The notes beneath the pieces were generated by a model, which was given only the letters and a program-made list of their open reading frames with translations, was not told the DNA's origin and did no database searches. Positions 30,626 through 38,977 of a DNA stretch of 60,437 nucleotides are shown here, piece by piece. The stretch covers positions 1 to 60,437 of the forward strand of contig CANRNM010000001.1 of the NCBI GenBank assembly GCA_947631975.1, read 5' to 3'. The DNA is from an uncultured Clostridia bacterium (GTDB lineage: Bacteria; Bacillota; Clostridia; Lachnospirales; CAG-274). The position numbers and the translations under genes are program-made. Position 1 is the first letter of the stretch. Every line of letters starts with the position of its first letter.

Positions 30626-32077
30626 ATGTATTACATAGGCATAGATCTGGGCACCTCCTCCGTAAAGCTTCTGCTTCTCGGAGATGAGGGCGTCCAAAAT
30701 ATAGTTACAAGAGAATATGCCGTCAGCTACCCCAAAGCAGGCTGGTCGGAGCAGTCTCCCGAGGATTGGCTGAGGGAGACATTGTCGGGCATAAAGGAGC
30801 TCACAAGGGATATCGACAAAAAGCTTGTGAAGGGTATAGGCATAGGCGGACAGATGCACGGGCTTGTCATGCTCGATGAAAATGATGATGTCATACGCCC
30901 TGCCATACTGTGGAACGATACCAGAACGCAGAAGGAGACGGATCATCTCAACAATGTAATAGGCAAGAAAAGGCTTGTGGATCTAACGGGCAATATTGCC
31001 TTTGCGGGCTTCACGGCGCCTAAAATAATGTGGGTGAGGGATAACGAGCCCGAAAATTTCGGAAGGATAAGCAAAATCATGCTCCCCAAGGACTATATTG
31101 TCTATAAGCTCACGGGCAAGCACTGCACCGATGTTTCCGATGCCTCGGGTATGCTCCTTCTGGATGTACACAGCAGGCGTTGGTCGGAGGAAATGCTCAA
31201 AATAACGGGAATAAAAGAATCACAGCTTCCTAAGCTTTATGAAAGCTATGAAGTTGTGGGACAGCTTACCGAAGAAACAGCCAAGGAGCTGGGCTTCGGC
31301 GAAGTAAACGTTGCTGCGGGAGCAGGGGATAACGCCGCAGCCGCAATAGGCACGGGCACAGTCAAAAACGGCGACTGCAATATATCTCTCGGCACATCCG
31401 GCACGGTGTTCGTAGCCTGCGCCAATTACAAAGCGGATTACGAAAACGCCATACACAATTTCTGCCATGCAAACGGAGCTTATCACTATATGGCTTGTAT
31501 GCTTTCCGCCGCAAGCTGCAATAAGTGGTGGCTTGAGGATATCATAGGCACGGACGACTATACCGAGGCATATGCCGATTATGATATCTATAAAGACAAC
31601 GGCTTGATTTTTCTCCCTTACATGATGGGGGAGCGCTCGCCTCATAACGATTCCGAAATAAGAGGTATGTTCTACGGTCTCGGCATGTCGACAACAAGGA
31701 AGGATATGTCCGTTGCCGTGCTTGAAGGCGTAGCCTTTGCTCTTAGACAGAATATTGATATTATTAAAAAAATGGGTATTGATATAAAAAAGAGCAGGAT
31801 ATGCGGCGGCGGCACCAAAAATAAGCTCTGGCTCAAAATCATTGCAAGTGTACTGAATATAGAGCTTGAGGTCCCCGAAAATCAAGAGGGAGCTTCATTC
31901 GGCGCAGCGCTTCTGGCAGCAAAGGGCAGCAGCGAAGCTGACTATAAAAAAGCAATGGATGATATTAAAATAAAAGAGGTCATAAAGCCCGACAGCAGGC
32001 TTGCGGAAAAGTACAACGGCAAATATGAGCTGTTTGTAAAGCTCTATCCTGCGGTAAAGGGCGCAATAAGCAAATAA
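30626..32077 (+). CDS. xylB: Xylulokinase (FGGY carbohydrate kinase)
   Basis: MYYIGIDLGTSSVK N-terminus, GGQMHGLV and GGGTKN motifs. It lies immediately downstream of xylA. Confidence 0.9.
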   Translation: MYYIGIDLGTSSVKLLLLGDEGVQNIVTREYAVSYPKAGWSEQSPEDWLRETLSGIKELTRDIDKKLVKGIGIGGQMHGLVMLDENDDVIRPAILWNDTRTQKETDHLNNVIGKKRLVDLTGNIAFAGFTAPKIMWVRDNEPENFGRISKIMLPKDYIVYKLTGKHCTDVSDASGMLLLDVHSRRWSEEMLKITGIKESQLPKLYESYEVVGQLTEETAKELGFGEVNVAAGAGDNAAAAIGTGTVKNGDCNISLGTSGTVFVACANYKADYENAIHNFCHANGAYHYMACMLSAASCNKWWLEDIIGTDDYTEAYADYDIYKDNGLIFLPYMMGERSPHNDSEIRGMFYGLGMSTTRKDMSVAVLEGVAFALRQNIDIIKKMGIDIKKSRICGGGTKNKLWLKIIASVLNIELEVPENQEGASFGAALLAAKGSSEADYKKAMDDIKIKEVIKPDSRLAEKYNGKYELFVKLYPAVKGAISK

Positions 32078-32082
32078 ATAAA

Positions 32083-32124
32083 AACGGCTCTATAGGGCAT
32101 ATTCCTATAAAGCCGTTATTTTTA
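32083..32124. terminator. Bidirectional intrinsic terminator between convergent xylB and the aldo/keto reductase gene
   Basis: A 13-bp stem AACGGCT(C)TATAGG / CCTATA(A)AGCCGTT with one mismatch, followed by ATTTTTA. Confidence 0.6.
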
Positions 32125-33147
32125 TACCTTCACCTTGCCCGCAAGCACCTGCTTGTAGTCCTCATAATTGACCTTCAGAAGCTCGGGTGTATTCAGCTCA
32201 TACGGGCATTTGGATTTGCACTGTCCGCAGTTTATACATTTTTCTATCTGCTTCATGTTTTCCTGCCATGTTTCATTGAGCCATGCTTTTGATGGCGCTC
32301 TCCTTAGCATAAGCGACATTCTGGCGCAGTTGTTTATCTGTATGTTCATTGGACAGGGCATGCAGTATCCGCAGCCACGGCAGAAATTACCGCTGAGCTC
32401 CGCCTTGTCTTTGTTTATAGCCTCCATTATTTCCTCGGTCATTACGGGAGTGTCATCCATGTACGAAAGCCACTCCTCAAGCTCATTTTCGCGCTGTATT
32501 CCCCATATGGGCATTACATTGTCATATTGACCTATAAAGGCGTAAGCCATGCGCGAATTTGTTATTATACCTCCCGCAAGAGCCTTCATGGCTATAAAGC
32601 CCATATTCTTTTCTTTGCACTTAGCGGCAAGCGCAAGCTCTCTTTCGCCGGAAAGATAGCTGAAGGGAAACTGCAGGGTCTCATACAAGCCGGATCTGAT
32701 TATTTCCTCCGCTATGCCTATCTTATGAGCGGTTATGCCTATGTGCCTTATAAGCCCCTGACGCTTGAAGTCCTCCATAAGCTCATACATTCCTGTTCCG
32801 TCGCCGGGAGCATAACAGCAGTCAACGCAGTGGAACTGATAAATGTCTATATAGTCGGTCTTAAGCAGCTTGAGAGACTCCTCAAGCTGTTTTTTCATGT
32901 CCTCTGTGTTTTTAGCCATTGTCTTTGTGGCAATAAATATATTTTTTCTCACATCGGACAGTGCAAGACCTACCTTTTCCTCGCTGTCGGAATAAGCCCT
33001 TGCGGTATCAAAGAAAGTTATTCCGCCTTCATAGGCTCTTTGCAGTATCCTGACAGCGGTATCAATATCGTCGCGCTGTAAGGGCAAAGCGCCAAAGCCG
33101 TTTTGAGCGGAGCTTATGCCCGTGCTTCCCAGAATAATTTTTTTCAT
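32122..33147 (-). CDS. Aldo/keto reductase fused to a C-terminal 4Fe-4S-type cysteine-cluster domain
   Basis: The AKR N-terminal body (GFGALPLQR, FFDTARAYSDSE, ITAHK) is followed by CRGCGYCMPCP and CINCGQCKSKCP. The ATG at 33147 is preferred, with GGAG 8 nt upstream. Confidence 0.8.
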   Translation of the reverse strand: MKKIILGSTGISSAQNGFGALPLQRDDIDTAVRILQRAYEGGITFFDTARAYSDSEEKVGLALSDVRKNIFIATKTMAKNTEDMKKQLEESLKLLKTDYIDIYQFHCVDCCYAPGDGTGMYELMEDFKRQGLIRHIGITAHKIGIAEEIIRSGLYETLQFPFSYLSGERELALAAKCKEKNMGFIAMKALAGGIITNSRMAYAFIGQYDNVMPIWGIQRENELEEWLSYMDDTPVMTEEIMEAINKDKAELSGNFCRGCGYCMPCPMNIQINNCARMSLMLRRAPSKAWLNETWQENMKQIEKCINCGQCKSKCPYELNTPELLKVNYEDYKQVLAGKVKV

Positions 33148-33219
33148 ATGTATCACTCCTTAAATATAGACCTTATTAATATAATTATACATTCTGTCCG
33201 TTGTTTTGGCAATATATTT

Positions 33220-33846
33220 TTATTCTTGAGTGATAGTTGTTTCGCTGTTTGTATGCTGCCTTCCTTCGTGGTCTATGTAATAGTTTTCTCTCAAAATAAG
33301 CTCGCTTACGGGCACTATTTCATAGCCCTTCTCCTTAAGACCCTTTATTATGGTATCAAGCACATCCGGAGTATATTTTGCGTCATTGTGAAAAAGTATT
33401 ATAGAGCCGTCTCCCAGATGCTTGTGATTGAGCACCTGATTTGTCTCATGCTCCGCTCCCAGCTCTTTCCAGTCTAAGCTGTCGATATCCCATTGTATCG
33501 GATAATATCCACATTCTTCCGCAGCCGTAAGCACCGTGTCATTGTATTCGCCGAACGGCGGACGGTATAATATGGGCTCCTCATTTATAAGCTCCTTTAT
33601 CTTATTGTGGCATTCCATAATATTCTTTTTGTTGTCCTCAAGGCTCAGCTGTGAACTGTGCGGGTGAGTGTTGCTGTGATTCCCCACATCGTGCCCGCTT
33701 TCGTATATCTTTTTGACCTCCTCGGGATATTTGTCCACCCAGTAACCGCAGAGGAAAAATGTCGCCTTGACATCATTCTTGTCTAAAATATCAAGTAATG
33801 TGTCCGTGTCCTCCGCTCCCCAAGGAGCAGGTAATATAAGAAGCAA
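33220..33846 (-). pseudogene. 3' fragment of a NodB-type polysaccharide deacetylase gene, cut by the island insertion
   Basis: Homology begins at ...WGAEDTDTLLDILDKNDVKATFF and includes HDVGNHSNTHPH, RPPFGEY and ILFHND. It has no signal/TM region, no NodB motif 1 and no ATG; the tracked start is a TTG inside the element arm. Confidence 0.8.
33813..33843. repeat. Left island junction: shared core CCGCTCCCCA plus a 20-bp terminal inverted-repeat arm
   Basis: The core at 33813-33822 is identical to 50480-50489 and 54793-54802. The arm GGAGCAGGTAATATAAGAAG (33824-33843) is the 18/20 reverse complement of CTTCTCATATTACCCGCTCC at the right junctions. Confidence 0.75.
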
Positions 33847-33860
33847 TTCATTAAAACGCC

Positions 33861-33904
33861 GAAAGCTATGGATTTATGCGGGCTTGCATAGAGCCATAGC
33901 TTTC
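33861..33904 (-). terminator. Hairpin terminating the six-gene minus-strand operon, just inside the island's left end
   Basis: A perfect 11-bp stem GAAAGCTATGG / CCATAGCTTTC with a 22-nt loop. The downstream T content on the minus strand is weak. Confidence 0.45.
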
Positions 33905-33958
33905 TTTGGATTTAATGTAATACAGGATGAAAAATCAATATTTTAGTATTATGAAAAA

Positions 33959-34339
33959 TTAATAATAACCTTCTGCGCCGAAAAGTATACTTTCAACATT
34001 ATTGTTGGGTGCGTAAATACCCACAGATGATTTTACGCTGATGTAGCTGTCATCTTTCTTTTCCAAATCCTTAAACATTTTTTTGGCATTTTCAATATTG
34101 GAAGGAAATACAAGAATATTGTCGACAACTACCTCTGCATCAAATATTTCTATTGCTTCGCATTTGTCATTTTCATCATAGAATACATGGCAGAAGCCAA
34201 AATCATCAGTTGTGTTTACGCTGTACTTTGACTTTTTAAACTCCTTTGCTTCGCCGAGTATCTGTCTTACTTCGGCTCTGTTCATTCCAAATTTTACGCC
34301 GTTGACTTCTTTTAATGGTATTGCTGTTATCTTATACAT
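33959..34339 (-). CDS. Putative immunity protein for the upstream toxin
   Basis: 126 aa, small and acidic. Its start overlaps the toxin stop (ATGTATAA) and GGAGGG lies upstream, the usual arrangement for toxin-immunity pairs. No family was recognised. Confidence 0.5.
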   Translation of the reverse strand: MYKITAIPLKEVNGVKFGMNRAEVRQILGEAKEFKKSKYSVNTTDDFGFCHVFYDENDKCEAIEIFDAEVVVDNILVFPSNIENAKKMFKDLEKKDDSYISVKSSVGIYAPNNNVESILFGAEGYY

Positions 34340-35270
34340 TTAATTTGCCCTCCGTTTCAATTTTATCAATGTATTCATTCATTTCATTTATTGCATCATC
34401 ATACTTGCTGCCAAATTTGTCATGTATATCGTCTATATCCATCTGAACGGCATCTCGGAACTTTCCCTGCTCTATAAGCTTCTTTTGCTCCGCCCTATAA
34501 TCACAGGCCTCTTTGGAACTGCCGCAGCTTGCAGTTTGTCTGTGGTCTTCTTTTTCCATTTTTATGGAAGGTCCGTCATTTTTTTCAAGAGGCGATATGC
34601 TGTCAGCGGGAATATGATGTACTTCATACTTATCGCCTTCACCTTCTTTGTATACATCACCGTAGCTTCCGCCGATTTTTTCAACATTCTCGGTAACCTT
34701 TGTATTTTCAAAAGCCTTTGTTGTTTTATCAATTGCATCAGATGTTTTCAAATCCTCCTGTGTTGGGGCTAATTCTCTGTTATCGCCCAAAAGTATGTTT
34801 TCAACATCTTTTGAAAAATCTCCTCGCTGAGGCATACTGCTGTTTTCCGGATTATTGATTATATCCTCCGGATTCAGCAGGTCTTTTACGGTATTAGCTA
34901 TTCCCCCTACAACATTAAGTGCAATAGCGTTTTCGGGATCATCCTTTGCCACATCTTCTTTAATTTCCTGCGCTGCGGCTCTTTCAATACCATCTGTAAG
35001 ATTTTTTATGTTATCACCTAAATCAGAATGGGAGTTTTCTATTCCTATAGTCTTTTTCAGAATCTCTTCCATAACGTTGGTTACAGAAACATTTTCAGGA
35101 TCATACTTAGCCATTTCATTTGTTATTCTCTGACCTCCTGTTTTAGCTATTTCTTTTACTCCTTTTTGTGCACATTCCTTTACACCTTCCTTTATAGCTT
35201 CATTAGTGCCTATTTCCGCCGTTATTTTAAGACCGGTAGCTATTATTGCATCATCAATTCCAAAAGCCAT
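34332..35270 (-). CDS. Putative toxin/effector: helical N-terminal region plus a C-terminal xHH (HNH/EndoVII-like) module
   Basis: The C-terminal ~110 aa contain YEVHHIPADS...KEDHRQTAS...YRAEQKKLIEQGKF, resembling the AHH/LHH/SHH nuclease toxin domains of polymorphic toxins. The ATG at 35270 is preferred over the tracked TTG at 35282. Confidence 0.5.
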   Translation of the reverse strand: MAFGIDDAIIATGLKITAEIGTNEAIKEGVKECAQKGVKEIAKTGGQRITNEMAKYDPENVSVTNVMEEILKKTIGIENSHSDLGDNIKNLTDGIERAAAQEIKEDVAKDDPENAIALNVVGGIANTVKDLLNPEDIINNPENSSMPQRGDFSKDVENILLGDNRELAPTQEDLKTSDAIDKTTKAFENTKVTENVEKIGGSYGDVYKEGEGDKYEVHHIPADSISPLEKNDGPSIKMEKEDHRQTASCGSSKEACDYRAEQKKLIEQGKFRDAVQMDIDDIHDKFGSKYDDAINEMNEYIDKIETEGKLNV

Positions 35271-35272
35271 AA

Positions 35273-38200
35273 TTAATGCCAACCTCCTTTTATATTATAG
35301 AAAAATTGCTCGCAGTTTTCAAGTCTTTTATTATCCAGACTTACCAGATTGCTGATAATTATTGCCAGAATAGCAGGACTTAAGCTATCTGTTTCATCTG
35401 TTTTTTCAATATTTGTATATAAGGCATCTTGCCACTTTTTATAGAAACTTGTATTTTCAGATTTTATTTTCAGTTTTTCCTTGTTATTTTCTATATCGGC
35501 CAATATTTCACCCATTTTATCATTAAAGCAAAGCTTGTATATCAGTTTTCCTTTCTGATTGATTGTAAGCTCAGCTTTATTGATTTTATAGGTTTCAAGC
35601 ATAAGCTTATAATTTATAGGAATATGCAGATTCATAATTTTTTCAGTTTCAAGCTCATCAATTTTTTCATAGTTATTTCTGAGCAATGCAAGAACTATAT
35701 CAGCAGAAGTCCTCTTGATATCTCCCATTTCATTTATAAGCTTGTCCCTGTAATTTGACATATTGGTATTGTCATTCGGTGTATCAGCCTTTTTTTCTGC
35801 CATTTTTACTTTACACAATACAGGGGATATCCATTCATTCTGATATATAACACCTACACCCTGACCGAGCCTTGGTATTTCATCAATCTGCTCATCGCTC
35901 AGATTTACGGATTTACCTACAAGCTCCCTGTCAGAATAATCGGGAAGGCTCATAATAATTTTTGTGTTTGTATTTCGTATAACAGACAGATCCAGCTTGC
36001 CCGGAGATTGGTCTGCTATTATAAAGCCTTCTCCGTATGTACGCATTTCGGCTATAGCGTTGGATATCATTTCAACAGATTTGCCGATAAGGTTTGAGCC
36101 TTCTGTATTCTGCTCATCGGATGTTCTCTTCAGCAGATTGTGGGCCTCCTCCAGCACTGTAATATGCTTAAGTTCCTTCTCTCCATTCTGACCGAAATAA
36201 TTTTCCTGAATTTTCATAACTATTACACCCATAATAAGAGCCTTAGTTTCTGCAGAGCCAACCTTACTGAGGTCAATTATGGTCGGGGCTTTTATTATCT
36301 CGTTGAAATCAATTTCTTTGTTTGAAAATACTACACCGTTGATTCCGTTTGTCAACGACCTTACTCTTGTAACCAAAGCTCCCTTATAGTTGCTCTTGTT
36401 TTCATCAGAGTAATCGGAACTGTCCATAACGATATGAAGCTGATTCAAAAGCTCCTGAAAGTCCGGGAATATATTACCATACCTGTTTTCGGAAAGCACT
36501 AGATCCCAACCTGCAGCCTCATAGGCTTTTTCCATAGCATCCTTCAGGACAGCAGGCATAGCGGCATACATAGGCCAACAAGCATTGAAGATTTCAACAA
36601 GTCTGTCTATATGCTCATTTACAAGAATTTTATCTGCAGGAAAGCTGAAAGGATTGATTTTTAACAGCTCAGCATCTCTGTAATTTGTACTGTATGTCTT
36701 TATATTTCCAATATCGCCGAATTCCTTTCTGTATTCTCCCTTTGCAGGTTCAACAACAAGAAATGGGATTCCTTTATTGTTTGCTTCTCTTAATATCTTA
36801 TATATGGTTGTAGATTTACCGGAGCCTGTAGAACCGGTAATAAATGTATGCCTTGTCAGGCTGTCGGCATTCAGATATACTTCTGTATTTTCCTCCTTGT
36901 GCATATGGTAAATGCTGCCAAGATTTAGTTTTTTGTTGTTCTCTTTTGTCAGATTGTCCTTCTCATATATATTTCGTTCAAAGGCTGCGCACTTCATACA
37001 GGTCAGACCTGCAACTGAGCTGTAGGGAAAAGCCATCATACTGGCAAGGTCGATAGATGACACATATGTTGTGGGAGTGATACACTCTATATCTGTGAGC
37101 TCGACTTTATCCTTATCCTTTTCATCAAATCTATTAACATCATCAGTATTAAAAAAAACAGGATGGGTAAAATGGCTTACAAAATCCCTTATATGTCTGA
37201 ATGTATTTTCTTTTGAGGCATTATCTCCGGTATCTGCCCATGTATTTATGACAGCAGCTTCGGTATAGGATTCATCTCCCTGCATAAGTCCCATATAATA
37301 ACCCGCAACCTTATTAGCGGTAAGGGAATTGTGAGCGAATATATATGACGCTTCTCTCCATGCGCCTACAGCCTCACATTCATTAAGCTTTTTAATATGC
37401 TCGTCTATTCTTTCCATAAGGTTTTTGACAGGGTATGAGGTGTATGTACGGGTCTCTCCTGTTGAGTTTTCTGTACCGATGCAATGATTTGAGCTATATC
37501 CTATGGACTTGCTGTTGCTTTCGCCCTCTACCTTTGTTTTGCTGTGTTGAAATCCGGCAGACAGACCGATAGAGCCCTGCTTACTCTTTGTTTTAACTAT
37601 GTCTTTTTTTATGGGATTAATAAGAGTTTTTATAAAAGCCCTAGCCCAACCCATACCGGTTGTTCCTCCGATAGGTGTAGATATTGAGTTTCCACTTGTA
37701 TAATTTGATCCGATAGAAAAACCGTTTGTCCTTGCAATAGAACTGTTTGTGCCATGGGTGTTTGTAAGAGAAGAACCATCTCCCCAGTTTTCACTTTTCC
37801 CCTTGGTTTCCGTGACCTGCCATTCCTTAAATTCTGAAACATTGGAGGCTATTTCCTCATAGCCGTTTCGTATATCCATAAGAGCTTCGTAGCTTATGGA
37901 CTCAGCCAATATCACAATAGTATATTCATTTTCTTCTTTTTCAGGCACAATACCATTCAATAATTTTTCTATTCCTTGACTCTTAAATTTTTCGGATTTT
38001 TCCGATGCAATATTGGTTATTACAGATACAACTTTTTTATCATTCAGTCCTGCAATATCCGAAGGGTCATCATGAAATTTTTCTGTTACTGTGCCCGGAA
38101 AATTTCCTTTTATTGTCGCTTCAAGCTTATTTATACCTTCTTCTGCTGCTTTGTGTCCACCGCCTGAATACATAGAATCATTTTTAAACACAAAATAAAA

Positions 38201-38533
38201 TTCTGCACCGGTGCAAAGCCTTTTTATTACCATAGCAATACTTTCACCGCTATTCATAAAAGAATTGTAAATGTTTTTAAATCTTTCTACAATATCCTCT
38301 TTTTCATCATATACCCAGCTTTTTATTCTTATTGCGCCTATATTATTATTACAGGTTACTCTTTTAAATTTTTTTATTTTATTCTCTTCCTTTTTTTCAT
38401 AGGTATTATAGGTGTTAAAATCAGCCACAGTATAACTATTCTCTAAATTATGAATGTTAAATTTGTAAACAGAGCTGCGTATTACATCCAAATTACTGTT
38501 TATTTTTGCAAGATTTGTATTTTTATCTGCCAT
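35273..38533 (-). CDS. 1086-aa protein: unrecognised ~550-aa N-terminal half plus a HerA/FtsK-superfamily (DUF87-like) P-loop ATPase
   Basis: Walker A FITGSTGSGKSTT, Walker B HITVLEEAHNLL, and FIIADQSPGKLDLSVIRNTNTKIIMSLPDYSDRE, a HerA-type motif set. The N-terminal half includes a G/S/T/N-rich stretch and no motif I recognise. Confidence 0.7.
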   Translation of the reverse strand: MADKNTNLAKINSNLDVIRSSVYKFNIHNLENSYTVADFNTYNTYEKKEENKIKKFKRVTCNNNIGAIRIKSWVYDEKEDIVERFKNIYNSFMNSGESIAMVIKRLCTGAEFYFVFKNDSMYSGGGHKAAEEGINKLEATIKGNFPGTVTEKFHDDPSDIAGLNDKKVVSVITNIASEKSEKFKSQGIEKLLNGIVPEKEENEYTIVILAESISYEALMDIRNGYEEIASNVSEFKEWQVTETKGKSENWGDGSSLTNTHGTNSSIARTNGFSIGSNYTSGNSISTPIGGTTGMGWARAFIKTLINPIKKDIVKTKSKQGSIGLSAGFQHSKTKVEGESNSKSIGYSSNHCIGTENSTGETRTYTSYPVKNLMERIDEHIKKLNECEAVGAWREASYIFAHNSLTANKVAGYYMGLMQGDESYTEAAVINTWADTGDNASKENTFRHIRDFVSHFTHPVFFNTDDVNRFDEKDKDKVELTDIECITPTTYVSSIDLASMMAFPYSSVAGLTCMKCAAFERNIYEKDNLTKENNKKLNLGSIYHMHKEENTEVYLNADSLTRHTFITGSTGSGKSTTIYKILREANNKGIPFLVVEPAKGEYRKEFGDIGNIKTYSTNYRDAELLKINPFSFPADKILVNEHIDRLVEIFNACWPMYAAMPAVLKDAMEKAYEAAGWDLVLSENRYGNIFPDFQELLNQLHIVMDSSDYSDENKSNYKGALVTRVRSLTNGINGVVFSNKEIDFNEIIKAPTIIDLSKVGSAETKALIMGVIVMKIQENYFGQNGEKELKHITVLEEAHNLLKRTSDEQNTEGSNLIGKSVEMISNAIAEMRTYGEGFIIADQSPGKLDLSVIRNTNTKIIMSLPDYSDRELVGKSVNLSDEQIDEIPRLGQGVGVIYQNEWISPVLCKVKMAEKKADTPNDNTNMSNYRDKLINEMGDIKRTSADIVLALLRNNYEKIDELETEKIMNLHIPINYKLMLETYKINKAELTINQKGKLIYKLCFNDKMGEILADIENNKEKLKIKSENTSFYKKWQDALYTNIEKTDETDSLSPAILAIIISNLVSLDNKRLENCEQFFYNIKGGWH

Positions 38534-38557
38534 AACTGTATTCTCCTTGTTTATTGT

Positions 38558-38929
38558 TTATAATCTTAAGAATAATAAAATAATCAGTATGAGCATAAAA
38601 ACAGCTATTATTATCTTATAAATCGAACTGACAATTTTTTTGTTCCTTAATTTATTACATACTAAATATAAATGTTTGATATAATCGGCGCTTATATCTC
38701 CCAGAGCAATTCCGTTTAAAATATGATTTACATATTGCTTGTCCCATTCGTTTTCGGATTTGACCTTAATATTAGAGTCTCTTTGTATTTTGTTTTGTTT
38801 TACCAGAAGATCTAAAAGACCGCAGAGCTCTTCATAGGAAATTTCACCGTTGCTGATGTCGTGGCATAGATCCAATATACCCTCGCTTAAAGTTACATCA
38901 TTAAAATACTTTTTATATAGATCTGTCAT
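38558..38929 (-). CDS. Small tail-anchored membrane protein
   Basis: 123 aa, soluble and helical at the N-terminus, with a single C-terminal hydrophobic helix IYKIIIAVFMLILIILLFL. It lies between the GTPase and ATPase genes. Confidence 0.6.
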   Translation of the reverse strand: MTDLYKKYFNDVTLSEGILDLCHDISNGEISYEELCGLLDLLVKQNKIQRDSNIKVKSENEWDKQYVNHILNGIALGDISADYIKHLYLVCNKLRNKKIVSSIYKIIIAVFMLILIILLFLRL

Positions 38930-38977
38930 AGTGCATTCCTCCTATATAAATATGTGTTGTTAAAAAGATAAAAATAT

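Noticed and set aside
16963-33156. The idea that everything to the right of the first recombinase is cargo of a giant element inserted in cotJC.
   Set aside because: The segment consists of core housekeeping genes (tsaE/tsaB/rimI, prfC, add, xylAB). Its base composition matches the left flank. No second cotJC fragment is present.
35273-38533. The 1086-aa ATPase as a conjugative coupling protein or VirB4 of the mobile element.
   Set aside because: It has no N-terminal TM segments. Its Walker B is the DEAH-like HerA/DUF87 type. No other T4SS components are in the island, and it is embedded in an operon with a GTPase and a toxin-immunity pair. This cannot be fully excluded without profile searches.
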